From NCBI GenBank assembly GCA_963736005.1, contig CAVTNB010000001.1:1408001-1472000 (forward strand): 64,000 nucleotides of DNA, written 5' to 3'. A program made the translations under genes and the position numbers. Shown here in pieces: positions 35,681 to 45,865 of the stretch; the stretch's first letter is position 1; each line of letters opens with the position of its first letter. The notes beneath the pieces were generated by a model. The model was not told the DNA's origin. It made no database searches and was given only the letters and a program-made list of their open reading frames with translations. The stretch comes from an uncultured Pseudomonadota bacterium. GTDB lineage: Bacteria > Vulcanimicrobiota > Vulcanimicrobiia > Eremiobacterales > Eremiobacteraceae.

Positions 35681-35759
35681 ACTGGTGCAGTCTAGCCTTT
35701 TTGCCTGCAGGCTCTGTCGCCTTCAGACACTTGCTTGGTGTCCCAAAGCGAAATCGCCC

Positions 35760-36548
35760 TCAGGGTAAGTCCGCCCAGCGGTAAACGGTCACGTTGATGA
35801 CTCTTACATCGCCACCCGGCACCAAGAGATCTCGAGCTTGACGCTGTAGACCCGCGCGATCTCGCTCGACGGTGTTCCAAGTCCCCCTCGTAAACAAGAA
35901 GTGAATCTCGGTCCCGCGTTGCAGTTCCATTTCGATTTGGAAATGGAGCCCATCGAGTCGCTGCATTTTCACCGCCTGCGGATTCCAACCGCTCGTATCG
36001 GTGGACATGTAGACATCGTCGCCCAACGGGGTGTTTGCGGGTACCGAGACCACGATCGTCACGCCCACCGTAGCGGAGAACCCTTTGGTGTACGCAACGG
36101 CAGGTGGCGCTAAATCCGGGTTCGGCTTCGGAGATGATGCCACAACAACGTAGCGACGCGGAATCTGCGCCGCAGGTGTGCCTTGCGCTAAGGGTCGCAA
36201 CGACGTGCGCAAGGCCACCACCTGGCCGCTTTGCGAATCGAGCGTTGCCACTGCGTACACGCCGGGATCCAAGGCGTAGGAAGGCACGGTCCCGGTTGCG
36301 TCGTCCGTAATCGTTGCTTGGGGTGAGAGTTTGAACGCATCACCGCTCGAGAACACAACATAGCCACGCTCGAGATCGATGATCTGTCCGTTGACCAATA
36401 ACGGCAACGGCGTCGGGGAGGGTGCAACGACGTCAGGCGGCGGCGTCTGCACGCTCGGCGTTGGGCTAGGATCTGAAAGCGACGCGCCACAACACGCACC
36501 GATCAACGCGATGCACGCGAACGCAACCAGGCTAAGGCGCTTGGCCAT
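35760..36548 (-). CDS. Exported protein with C-terminal CBM20-like domain
   Basis: Signal peptide, Pro-rich linker, VPANTP..DVY...GWNP...FTRGTW..VE...V.RWAD. Confidence 0.6.
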   Translation of the reverse strand: MAKRLSLVAFACIALIGACCGASLSDPSPTPSVQTPPPDVVAPSPTPLPLLVNGQIIDLERGYVVFSSGDAFKLSPQATITDDATGTVPSYALDPGVYAVATLDSQSGQVVALRTSLRPLAQGTPAAQIPRRYVVVASSPKPNPDLAPPAVAYTKGFSATVGVTIVVSVPANTPLGDDVYMSTDTSGWNPQAVKMQRLDGLHFQIEMELQRGTEIHFLFTRGTWNTVERDRAGLQRQARDLLVPGGDVRVINVTVYRWADLP

Positions 36549-36553
36549 GCCGA

Positions 36554-38353
36554 TCACTGCGCCGACACCTGCAGCGAAAATGTCGGCGACCACACCTGAT
36601 TGGCCCAGTTAAAATAGTACGCGCGCCCGATGTCCAAGAATAAGGTCTTCGATATCTTCATGCGGGCATCCGCGATCGCTTGATATTGTGCAGGTCCGGC
36701 CACGAACGGCTCTTGCACTGGCGTGTACCAATTCCGTAGCGCGGTCAAGGTGAACTGAAAGTATGGCGAGGGCGCGTCCGCGGCGGTCACGATCAACGCG
36801 GTGTTCGTGGCGTGCGTGAACTCAGTCGCGACGCCGCCGAGGAGCGGCAACCCGTTGGGAGAGAGGGGCTCCGGCACAAGGCCCGTCGATGTATTCGGAG
36901 AGGCGACGAGCTCGGCGAGCCGTTGGGTGTTCGCGGATTGCAGTTGCAGCGATCCGGTCAGGAAGACTTTTGAGAAGCGCTTGCTGTCGGAGACGATGGC
37001 CGTCTGGAAATCGGCGCTGTTGGGAAAGCTCAACCACACATGACGTTCTTCGTACGAGCCGTTAAGCGAGGTCCCGAATGGCCCAGGATAGACTGGCGAG
37101 GACAGCAGTGCGTCGACATAGACAGACTGCGCGTCGTGAGTCGTCGTACCTGACACGCCGAAGGCATCGTGCGTCGTGCTGACGCCGGAGAGCAGCCGAA
37201 ATGTGAAGCCTGAGGTTCCGACCCCTTGTGCATAGCCAGCCCACGAGACAGCCGCGGTCAACGGGTGGTTTGGCGTAAACGGGTGGCTCGGGTTTCCATA
37301 GTAGCCGAGCGCGGTCGGCGCAAGCAAACTATCGTAGGACTGAGCGACTTCGAGCTTGAGTGCGGATTGCCGGAGCGCCTTTGTGTATTGAACATCGGCA
37401 AAGCCATTCGATGAAAGAGGCTGACTCAAACCAGATTGGTAGGTAAAAAGTTGCGAGTCCAAGGTGAGCGCGGCAGCCGGTCCAGCCGGCACGTAGGCCA
37501 GAAAGTTCCATTGCTTTGGTTGCTGCGTCGCGGGATTCAAACTGAAAACAGCATAGCCCAAACCACCGAACACCGAATGATGCTCGAACGAGAAATAGGT
37601 TTTGAGCACCGGGTCATAGCGAAAGTGCACCGCATCGAGCGAGGCTGACGAGCCAGCGATTCCATAGGGCAAGTCAAACGAAGCGCCGGACAACGAATTG
37701 ACGGCGAAGTTCGGATTCTGTGAATAGTTGCGCACGTACCTAGGGAGCGGTGGCGTGGCAAGCGCGCCTCGGGCCGCGACAAAAACGACGTGCGAAAAGC
37801 TCACATAGTTGTCCGGGTCGATGACGACCGCCGTCGCCCGGATGAATGGTGCGGTGCCCTGCGTGTCCGCCAAGAAGAAGGTATCGCCTGGCATTTCGCG
37901 ACCCAACTCTGGGTGCGCCCAATCGTCGTTCAAGAAAGTCCACCGATCGGGCACATCGGTGAGCGGGATGAAATACGCCCGGTGAAAGGGCAGAAAATCG
38001 GCGAAGGCTGCACCAACATAAGACGCGCCAGGGGTGCTGAGGTGGACATGGCCTGCGACGACGAATCGCCGGAGGCCCAAGTCGACCGAACATGCATCAC
38101 CATCGACGGCAACTCCATTCGAGAGGGAAACGCGAACGTTGCCTCGCGCAACTATCAACCCTTCGTCGGCGAAATACTCCACACGGCGGGCATCGATCGT
38201 TACCTTAAGACCGGATGGCGAGGGCTTCTCGTCGGCTAGCGCCGTTGCAAACGTCGCGAGCAAAGTCGCGACGCTCGTCAGCACTGCCACCGCGATATAA
38301 CGCGCGCGACGACTCACATTCGATCGGCTATGGCTTGGGTGAGCCGGTGACAT
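36554..38353 (-). CDS. Exported LptD/OstA-like probable beta-barrel protein (paralog of 3985-5571)
   Basis: Signal peptide, ARRVEY....IVARGNVRV, shared P(F/Y)IRAT and LP.YV..(Y/F)S..P motifs. Confidence 0.5.
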   Translation of the reverse strand: MSPAHPSHSRSNVSRRARYIAVAVLTSVATLLATFATALADEKPSPSGLKVTIDARRVEYFADEGLIVARGNVRVSLSNGVAVDGDACSVDLGLRRFVVAGHVHLSTPGASYVGAAFADFLPFHRAYFIPLTDVPDRWTFLNDDWAHPELGREMPGDTFFLADTQGTAPFIRATAVVIDPDNYVSFSHVVFVAARGALATPPLPRYVRNYSQNPNFAVNSLSGASFDLPYGIAGSSASLDAVHFRYDPVLKTYFSFEHHSVFGGLGYAVFSLNPATQQPKQWNFLAYVPAGPAAALTLDSQLFTYQSGLSQPLSSNGFADVQYTKALRQSALKLEVAQSYDSLLAPTALGYYGNPSHPFTPNHPLTAAVSWAGYAQGVGTSGFTFRLLSGVSTTHDAFGVSGTTTHDAQSVYVDALLSSPVYPGPFGTSLNGSYEERHVWLSFPNSADFQTAIVSDSKRFSKVFLTGSLQLQSANTQRLAELVASPNTSTGLVPEPLSPNGLPLLGGVATEFTHATNTALIVTAADAPSPYFQFTLTALRNWYTPVQEPFVAGPAQYQAIADARMKISKTLFLDIGRAYYFNWANQVWSPTFSLQVSAQ

Positions 38354-39746
38354 TGACCGGCGTTCTTTCTAACGGTCGCCTGGCGCGGGCTTCCGGGTGC
38401 AGTCTGCCGTTGCCAGACAAGACTTCCTCACCGTGACGATAGGTGCACGTACCGGCTCCTAAGAGCAGCCAGCATAGGCTTGCAACTTTGGGGAAGAAAA
38501 ACAGATCGTCGACGAGTTGGTGCGCGAGCAAACTCGTCAACGCCAAGAACGCCGCAAGGGCGAGCGGCGACTGCGCGCGCAGGGCAAAGGTCTCGCGCAG
38601 GGCGACGATGCCGAACGCGAGCAACGCCAAGAAACCAACCACGCCTTGTTCGGCCAGAGTTTGAAGCCACAGACTTCCGGCATGCGTTTCGATGCCGTGC
38701 AAGCCAACGGTTGGCAAGAGCAGTTGGTAGTTGCCGGCGCCGACGCCGAGCAGTGGATGCGTCAAGAACAGTTTAAGCGCGGCCGGCCAGAGTTGCTCCC
38801 GAGTCCCCACTCCTCCAGGATTCCCAGGAATGTCGAAATAGGCCAGATGTGAAAGGTCTGCGATCGTTGCATGGGCCCACAAAACCGCCCACGCGCCGAT
38901 AGCAACGATGCCAACGCCAGCACCGACCAGCATAGGGACGAGTGAAGCGCGAGCGAGCGGTCGACGCAGGTAGTAGAGTAAAACGAGACTCGCGCCGGCC
39001 ACGACAACGCCCGCGCGGGAGAGGGTGAGGATCATCGCAGCAGACGACGTTGCCGTGACATACTGCTGCACGGGTTTCGAGTACGAGGCGAACGCAGGCC
39101 AGACCCACAGAATCGGCAGTGCCGCTTCGAGGAAACCAGCGAGTTGATTCGGTCCTTCAAGCGTTCCAGCCGCGCGTTGCAATGGATGCCCGTTAATCCA
39201 GATGCCGGATGGAGCGCCACCGATCATGCCTTGAAAGAGCGCGAGCACCGAAACAATCGCCGTAGATGCGACCACACCGGTGACGAGATAGGTCGGCGAT
39301 CGCTCGCTTCGCTCGATGAACGTTGCGGCACACCAGAATAACAGCAGGTACTCGAGCTGTTTGAAGAATTCGCGGGCGACGGGCCCGCTATACGTTGCGT
39401 TGAAACCCGACAACGCGATCGTCAAAACGATAACGCCACCCGCGAGCAGCACTCGCTGCCCCGCGCGCGAGCGCGGCCACAGCGGTGCCCCACCGATGAG
39501 CAATCCCAGCGTTGACCCAAGCGCAATGCATTTCTCAATGGTAATGGTCGTGTTCCCAACGTCGCGGTATGCGGCGAATGGCACGCCGAAGGCAAGCAGC
39601 ATGGCACCGATCGGTGACTTCTTGTACCCAAGATATGCCGCGGCGGCGGCGAGGGCGAGAAACCCGACCGCCGCCGCGGGGTCAAGCGCGACTCGTTGTA
39701 TGCTCTGATCGATAACCGGCGGCAGCAGCGGCAGGCTTGCGATCAC
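38328..39746 (-). CDS. O-antigen ligase / Wzy_C family membrane protein
   Basis: RAAGTLEGPNQLAG, LTLSRAG, HPLLGVGAGNY, HAGSLWLQTLAEQGVVG. Confidence 0.85.
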   Translation of the reverse strand: MIASLPLLPPVIDQSIQRVALDPAAAVGFLALAAAAAYLGYKKSPIGAMLLAFGVPFAAYRDVGNTTITIEKCIALGSTLGLLIGGAPLWPRSRAGQRVLLAGGVIVLTIALSGFNATYSGPVAREFFKQLEYLLLFWCAATFIERSERSPTYLVTGVVASTAIVSVLALFQGMIGGAPSGIWINGHPLQRAAGTLEGPNQLAGFLEAALPILWVWPAFASYSKPVQQYVTATSSAAMILTLSRAGVVVAGASLVLLYYLRRPLARASLVPMLVGAGVGIVAIGAWAVLWAHATIADLSHLAYFDIPGNPGGVGTREQLWPAALKLFLTHPLLGVGAGNYQLLLPTVGLHGIETHAGSLWLQTLAEQGVVGFLALLAFGIVALRETFALRAQSPLALAAFLALTSLLAHQLVDDLFFFPKVASLCWLLLGAGTCTYRHGEEVLSGNGRLHPEARARRPLERTPVNVTGSPKP

Positions 39747-40447
39747 CAAGCCCCTTCCCGTCGGACGACTGCCGGGAGGGTTTGCAGCAAGATCCAGGCG
39801 TCGACGAGAGGTGACCAGTTTCGCGCGTACCAAACATCCATCGCCATCCAGCGCTGGAAAGCGACGCTCGCGCGCCCGCTCACTTGCCACAAACCCGTCA
39901 TCCCCGGTGAGACGGTGAGCCGCTGGTAATAGTGCGGCGTATAATTTTCGACTTCGTGAGGCAATGCCGGGCGCGGGCCAACGAGACTCATGTCGCCGCA
40001 TACGACGTTCCAGAGTTGAGGTAATTCATCAAGACTGGTTCGACGCAAGAAAGCTCCGACGGGATGGAGCCGCGGATCGTTCGCTATTTTCAGCGCTGGT
40101 CCATCAGCCTCGTTGAGGTGCGCAATGTGCTTGTGCATGAGATGCGCACCGTCGACCATCGTGCGGAACTTGTACATCGCGAAAAGCCGACCACTCTTCC
40201 CCACGCGCTCTTGCACGAAGAGCACCGGGCCGGGAGAGACGATCTTGATGACCGCGGCGATGAGAAGCCACAGCGGCAAGCTGACAAACAGGAGCGCGGC
40301 CCCTAAGAGGAGATCACCTGTGCGCTTGATGAGCACCCAGGGGAGCGGCTTTTGTACACGGGCACTGCGCCAGTAGCTCACGCTCTCGGCCTGGCTCCAT
40401 CGCCTGCGACGAGCGGCTGGCGCGCGCGGTAACGCAGTTGCGATCAT
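39743..40447 (-). CDS. Priming sugar transferase (phosphoglycosyl transferase, Bac_transf)
   Basis: KFRTM, DPR, SLDELPQLWNV..GDMSLVGPRP, PGMTGLWQVSGR. Confidence 0.93.
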   Translation of the reverse strand: MIATALPRAPAARRRRWSQAESVSYWRSARVQKPLPWVLIKRTGDLLLGAALLFVSLPLWLLIAAVIKIVSPGPVLFVQERVGKSGRLFAMYKFRTMVDGAHLMHKHIAHLNEADGPALKIANDPRLHPVGAFLRRTSLDELPQLWNVVCGDMSLVGPRPALPHEVENYTPHYYQRLTVSPGMTGLWQVSGRASVAFQRWMAMDVWYARNWSPLVDAWILLQTLPAVVRREGAW

Positions 40448-41598
40448 ACGCTCAAAGCCTCGGGTTGGGCAACACCAAATGTCTCCAATATTCGGGCGCC
40501 GACTTGCGAAAAGGAATCAAGCGAACCCAATCCACGACCTTCGCTGCCTGGACGATAGTCCAAAAGGGGAACAAACTCCCGCGTGTGATCGCTGCCTGGC
40601 GCCGTTGGATCGCAGCCGTGGTCCGCGGTGACGATAAGACGATCTCCATCGCCGAGCTTGTTCAACATGTCGGGCAGCTCTCTATCAAGCTGGATGAGCG
40701 CCTTGGCATAGCCATCGGCGTCCCGCCGGTGCCCATACTTAGAATCAAAATCGTTCAGATTCGTAAAGCAAAAGCCGCCTATAGGCCGCTCCAACCATTC
40801 GACAGTCCTTCGAACTGCCTCATTATTATCGACCACGCGCCAGCTCTGCGCGATGCCCTTGCCGCAGTAGATGTCGTTAATCTTCCCAATGCCGCTCGTC
40901 GGAACGCCAGCGTTCTGGAGAACTTCTAGCATGCTGGGGGACGGGGGCTCGACGGCAAAGTCGCGACGACCGGACGTGCGATACAGAGCGCCGGGTTTCC
41001 CAGCAAACGGCCGAGCGATAACCCGGTTGACCTGATGGGGCGGTACAAGCATCGCTCGCGCCTTTGCGCACCACTCCCAAAGCGTTTCCACCGGCACGAT
41101 ATCCTCGTGAGCCGCCACCTGAAAAACAGAATCGGCGGACGTATAGACGATGGGGTAGCCTGTTCGCAAATGCTCTCTGCAGAGGCGCTCGATGATTTCC
41201 GTTCCCGAGGCCGCGACATTGCCGAGCGTCTTGCGACCGATGAGTTCTTCGAAACCGCCGATGACCGCGGGCGGAAAGCCATTCGGATAGGTTGGGAATG
41301 CGTGACGCACCGTAATGCCCATCATCTCCCAGTGGCCAGTGACGCTATCCTTACCGTTGCTTGATTCGCGCAGCCGCCCCCAAGACGCAACAGGGTTGGA
41401 CACAGTCGCAACTCCCTTGATGGCTGTGATGTTTCCGAACCCGAGTCGCTCGAAGTTTGGCAAACGCAGGCCGCCAACCGCTTTCGCCGTGTTGCCGATC
41501 GAGTTGAAAGAGGAGAGGTCCGAGTAGGCGGCAGCATCTTCGCTTGCACCAACCCCACCACCGTCGACGACAAGAACAATCGCTTTCGATTGCTTCAT
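40444..41598 (-). CDS. deoB: Phosphopentomutase
   Basis: GKDSVTGHWEMMG, ASGTEII, IVYTSADSVFQ, RVIARPF, DFDSKYGHRRD, TADHGCDP. Confidence 0.95.
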   Translation of the reverse strand: MKQSKAIVLVVDGGGVGASEDAAAYSDLSSFNSIGNTAKAVGGLRLPNFERLGFGNITAIKGVATVSNPVASWGRLRESSNGKDSVTGHWEMMGITVRHAFPTYPNGFPPAVIGGFEELIGRKTLGNVAASGTEIIERLCREHLRTGYPIVYTSADSVFQVAAHEDIVPVETLWEWCAKARAMLVPPHQVNRVIARPFAGKPGALYRTSGRRDFAVEPPSPSMLEVLQNAGVPTSGIGKINDIYCGKGIAQSWRVVDNNEAVRRTVEWLERPIGGFCFTNLNDFDSKYGHRRDADGYAKALIQLDRELPDMLNKLGDGDRLIVTADHGCDPTAPGSDHTREFVPLLDYRPGSEGRGLGSLDSFSQVGARILETFGVAQPEALSV

Positions 41599-42281
41599 TA
41601 GTAGTCGACATCGACCGGAACGACCCGTTGCGCAGTTGCGCCATCAGCCCGGATCGCGGTCACGACTATCTCGAATTGATGCGTAGGAAGTAAACTCGGT
41701 ACGGTGATGGAGAGTGCAAAGGTCCCTGGCGCAACTTTCGGCACGTTGACTTGGTACGTGCCAATGCGCGCCGTGAGGGCCGCTGCGTTGCTGGTCGTGA
41801 GAATGCGCGCCGAGGCGACGTCGCCTGCGTGAACATGGTCGGGCGAGAATGTGACAGACTGGATTTGCACGGGATCGGTGGGCGTCGCGTAGGGAACTCC
41901 TGGCGGAAGATCGGGATGAGCTGAGCGAATCTGAAGGTTCGCTGCTACATTAGGACTCGAGGGGACCATAAGCGTCGGGTAAGACGTTGGCGCCGAGCGG
42001 ACCTGAGGGCCCACGGTTGCAGTCGGCGTCGAGCGGACCTGAAGGTCCGCTGCTACATTCGGGCTCGAACGGGCCGGAAAGTTTGGTGCGGCGCTGGGTT
42101 TCAAGTGGACTTGAAGGGGCGCTGCTGCACGCGGGCTTGAGCGGACCTGAAGGTCCGCTGCTACATTTGGGCTTGAAACGGGATGCGGATGTGAATGCGG
42201 ACGAACAAACAGCACCACCGCGAGCAGCGCCGCCACCACAAGGGCTACGTACATCACGGATCTTCTCGATGAAAGCAGCAC
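41598..42281 (-). CDS. Membrane-anchored exported protein with REP-derived 36-aa repeats and a small Ig-like C-terminus
   Basis: N-terminal TM, SSPNVAA(D/N)LQ(V/I)RS x3, beta-rich C-terminus; TAA overlaps the deoB ATG. Confidence 0.7.
   Translation of the reverse strand: MLLSSRRSVMYVALVVAALLAVVLFVRPHSHPHPVSSPNVAADLQVRSSPRAAAPLQVHLKPSAAPNFPARSSPNVAADLQVRSTPTATVGPQVRSAPTSYPTLMVPSSPNVAANLQIRSAHPDLPPGVPYATPTDPVQIQSVTFSPDHVHAGDVASARILTTSNAAALTARIGTYQVNVPKVAPGTFALSITVPSLLPTHQFEIVVTAIRADGATAQRVVPVDVDY
41924..42164 (-). repeat. REP family B copies inside a CDS, 108-bp period
   Basis: Copies at 42139-42164, 42031-42056, 41924-41948; degenerate copies 36 bp from two of them. Confidence 0.85.
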
Positions 42282-42354
42282 TGCGTCCGTAATCCTGTTT
42301 GGCTAGGTGTTTTACCTCGTTTTCGGCAGGCAAAGGCGGCGCAGATAAAATAGA

Positions 42355-45300
42355 ATGAAACAAATCACAGCTAGCAGGCCGGGTCGCGCGCGACCCGGCC
42401 ACGGCGCTTTGGAGAATTTAGTGGCACAAGAGATCGGCGCAACAATTGTTCGCGGGCTGCGGACTTGGGACAAAATCGGCGATGCGGCTGCTCAGTTGCG
42501 GTTGCACGCGGCGCTCGATATTGTCGGCGCAGCTGCAGCATCCCGACCGGCGCTTGTGTCTGCGCTTTGGACCGAGCTCGGCGGTCAGTTTCTCGTTTGG
42601 TCGGCGAGTCAAGATGGCGCCGACCGGTTTGCCAATGATTGTTCCTTCTATGCAAGCGAGTTTGGGCCGGTTGTGCACACGCTTCGTCCACGCGACGAAC
42701 AGCAAAACGCCCTCGTCAATCCTACCGAGCGCGCTGACCGAATCGCATTCTTGGATTCTCTTGCGTCTGGGGAGCCGGGCATCTTTTGCGTCTCGCATGC
42801 CGCAGCCCGCCAGCCCTTGCCTGCTAGCCAAGACGTTCGCCGGCGCGGCACGACGTTTGCAGACTGGCCGCGAATACAAGTGGGAAGAAACGCTGCGCGA
42901 CCTGGCTGCGCTCGGCTACGAACGAGTCGACGTCGTCAGCGCGGTCGGTGAATACGCCGTGCGAGGCGGCATCATTGACATCTTTCCCGCAACGGCCGAG
43001 TTCCCGGTTCGGCTCGAGTTCTTCGGAGATCGTGTCGAGCAGATCCGAACCTTTGCGATCGTCACGCAACGCTCGCTCGATGAACTCGAGGCGGTTCGCA
43101 TCACCCCTTGGTCCGAAGGTATTTTTGGCGACGAGCAAGCGGCAATTTGGTCCTATGCGCCCGGAGCCGTTCTGGTCATCGACGACCCCGACACGATCGT
43201 CGCAATCGATCGCGGGTTGCAAGTGGCTCGGGAGCAAGCGACGGTTGCCGCAGCGGATCGCGGAGAAGAGATCGAAGAAGATATAGATGTACCAGCGGAC
43301 CTTCAGGTCCGCTCGGCGCCCGATGATGACGAGAGCGAACCTAAAGGTTGGCTGCTACATACTCTAGATAAACTGCAGGATGCAATAGGCGCGCGAGCCG
43401 TCTGCAGCTTCCACACGAGCGCAGTTGCCGCGCACTTAGGTCCGCACAGCAAAAAGAAGATTGAAACGAGCACCCAGATGGCTCCGGCCTTCGGTCGCAG
43501 CATCGAACGCTTCGTCGAGTACACGCGCGCTGCGATCGCCTCGAAAACGATCCTGGCCATCGCGGCGGTCGGATATCGTCGTATCTCGGAGGTCCTCGAG
43601 GAGCACGACGTATCCGCGACGCCCGTGCCTAAGCGCTTGAAATTGCCACCAGAACGCGGTGCTGTCATCTGCGGCGAAGGAATGATCGATGCCGGCTTTG
43701 TCATCCCGTCGCTTGGCCTCGCGGTCATCGGAGACAACGAACTGTATGGACACCCCGCTCGACGGCATAAACGCAGACCCGCCAAGGAAGGCGTGCCGGT
43801 CAGCGTCGCTGATCTCAATCCTGAAGACTACTTGGTGCACGCGCATCATGGCATCGGTCAGTATCTCGGTTTGGAACACATCATCGTGGAAGACGTGGGT
43901 CGCGACTTCATGCAGCTCGCCTACGCGGGCGGCGACCGCCTCTACGTGCCGGTCGATCAAATGCACTTGGTGCGCAAATATGCGGTCGCTGATGGCGCTG
44001 CTCCCCGGCTTTCCAAGATGGGCGGAAGCGACTGGGTGCGCACCCGCTCCCGCGTCCGCGAGGCTGTCGAGCGAATTGCCGAAGGGTTGGTGCGACTGTA
44101 TGCGGCAAGAGAACTCGCCGTCGGCCACGCCTTTGCCCAAGACACGCCGTGGCAAGCCGAACTCGAAGAGTCGTTTCCTTACGACGAAACACCGGATCAA
44201 GCCGAAACGATTCGCGTCGTCAAAGACGACATGGAGCGTCCGCGTCCTATGGACAGACTCGTGTGCGGCGACGTGGGGTACGGAAAGACCGAAGTAGCCG
44301 TTCGCGCAGCGTTCAAAGCTATCATGGATCGCAAGCAGGTGGCATTGCTTGCACCAACGACCGTGCTCGCGGCGCAGCACTTCCGCACGTTTAGCGAACG
44401 CTTCGCTGCCTATCCCGTGACGATCGCACTCCTCTCCCGCTTTCGTTCCAAGGCCGAGCAGAAAGTATCACTCGCCGGCTTAGCTGATGGAAGCGTCGAT
44501 CTTGTCATCGGAACGCATCGGCTACTGCAACGAGACGTGGGCTTCAAACAACTCGGCTTGCTGATCGTCGATGAAGAGCAGCGTTTCGGCGTCATGCACA
44601 AAGAGCGTCTCAAGGAATTGCGTCAATCAGTCGACGTGATGACGCTGTCGGCCACCCCGATCCCACGCACGCTGCATATGGCCATGGCGGGCGTTCGCGA
44701 TCTCTCCCTCATTCAGACGCCCCCGGCCAATCGCGTCTCCATCAAGACGGTGGTCACACCAAGCAGCGATGCGCTCATTTCGAGCGCGCTGACGCAAGAA
44801 CTCGACCGCGGCGGGCAAGTCTATTTCGTGCACAACCGCATCGATACGATCTACGGCGTCGCTGCGGCGCTTGGAGCGCTGGCTCCACGCGCGCGCATCG
44901 GCGTCGGCCACGGGCAAATGCACGGTGCATGAACTCGAAGACATCATGCTGTCGTTTGTGAACGGCGAGATCGACATCTTGGTGTCCACGACGATCATTG
45001 AAAACGGACTCGATATTCCAAACGTCAACACGATCATCGTCAACAACGCAGATCACTTCGGGTTAGCGCAACTCTATCAGCTTCGCGGTCGCGTGGGCCG
45101 CAGCGCTCACCAAGCGTTTGCGTATTTCTTGTACCAGCCGCACCGATCGCTTTCCGAGGTAGCCCAATCGAGACTGGAGGCCATCCGCGAGTTTTCGCAT
45201 TTGGGCTCGGGCTTGCAACTTGCCATGCGCGACCTGGAAATCCGGGGTGCAGGAAATTTGCTGGGCCGCGAGCAGAGCGGCTTCATTGCCGCCGTTGGTT

Positions 45301-45800
45301 TCGAGACATACTGCGAGATTTTGCAAGAAGCCGTGGCGCAACGCCGCGGGCAGCCGATCGTCCAAGACGTACCGCCGCCGGTTCTCGACGTGCGGGTGAG
45401 CGCATTCATTCCGAGTGAGTACGTGAAAGGTGCAAGTCAGAAGATTTCGTTCTACCAACGAATTGGAGCGGCACAATCGATCGAAGAGGTCGATCGCCTT
45501 GCTGAAGAGCTGCGCGACCGTTTTGGTCCGCTGCCCTCAGAAGTGGTTGCGCTCCTCGATTTGACCAAGTTGCGCGTTCTCGCAACCGCTAAAGGAGTAC
45601 AAAAAGTTGCACTCGAACAGCGACGTCTAACCCTCGAAATGGGGCCGAAGTTTTTATTGTCCGAAGAGGCCCTTCCAAAGCTAACATCCATCAGCGAGGG
45701 AAATTTCCGGTTCACAAAGGACGCGGTCGTGGTGGGTCTTCCCGACTCGAACGCAGGTGGCCGGCTGGCGTTCGTGCGTGATGTTGTGTCCGCGCTGTGA
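42355..45800 (+). CDS. mfd: Transcription-repair coupling factor (frameshifts near 42840 and 44925)
   Basis: GEYAVRGGIIDIFP, VH..HGIG, PMDRLVCGDVGYGKTEVA, DEEQRFGV, SATPIPRTL, QLRGRVGRS, DLEIRGAGNLLG. Confidence 0.95.
42377..42400. repeat. Perfect 24-bp palindrome GGCCGGGTCGCGCGCGACCCGGCC
   Basis: Self-complementary; preceded by CTAGCA (compare GTAGCA of REP family B). Confidence 0.5.
43287..43320 (+). repeat. REP family B copy in frame within mfd
   Basis: 32 of 34 nt identical to reverse complement of 42025-42058; encodes VPADLQVRSA. Confidence 0.8.
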
Positions 45801-45812
45801 CGCAACCTAGCC

Positions 45813-45852
45813 TCGCGAATTTATTTGTAGGGGGCGATTGGAAAATCGCCCC
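45813..45852 (+). repeat. Truncated family A REP followed by family D REP (GTAGGGGGCGATTGGAAAATCGCCCC)
   Basis: TCGCGAATTTATT half-site then GTAG plus hairpin 45827-45852; related to 50398-50425 and 53458-53487. Confidence 0.7.
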
Positions 45853-45865
45853 GTAAGGAGCAAGA

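Noticed and set aside
41924..42164. CRISPR-like array with variable spacers
   Set aside because: Spacers are about 75 bp, contain decayed copies of the repeat, and the whole region is an open frame in a coupled gene
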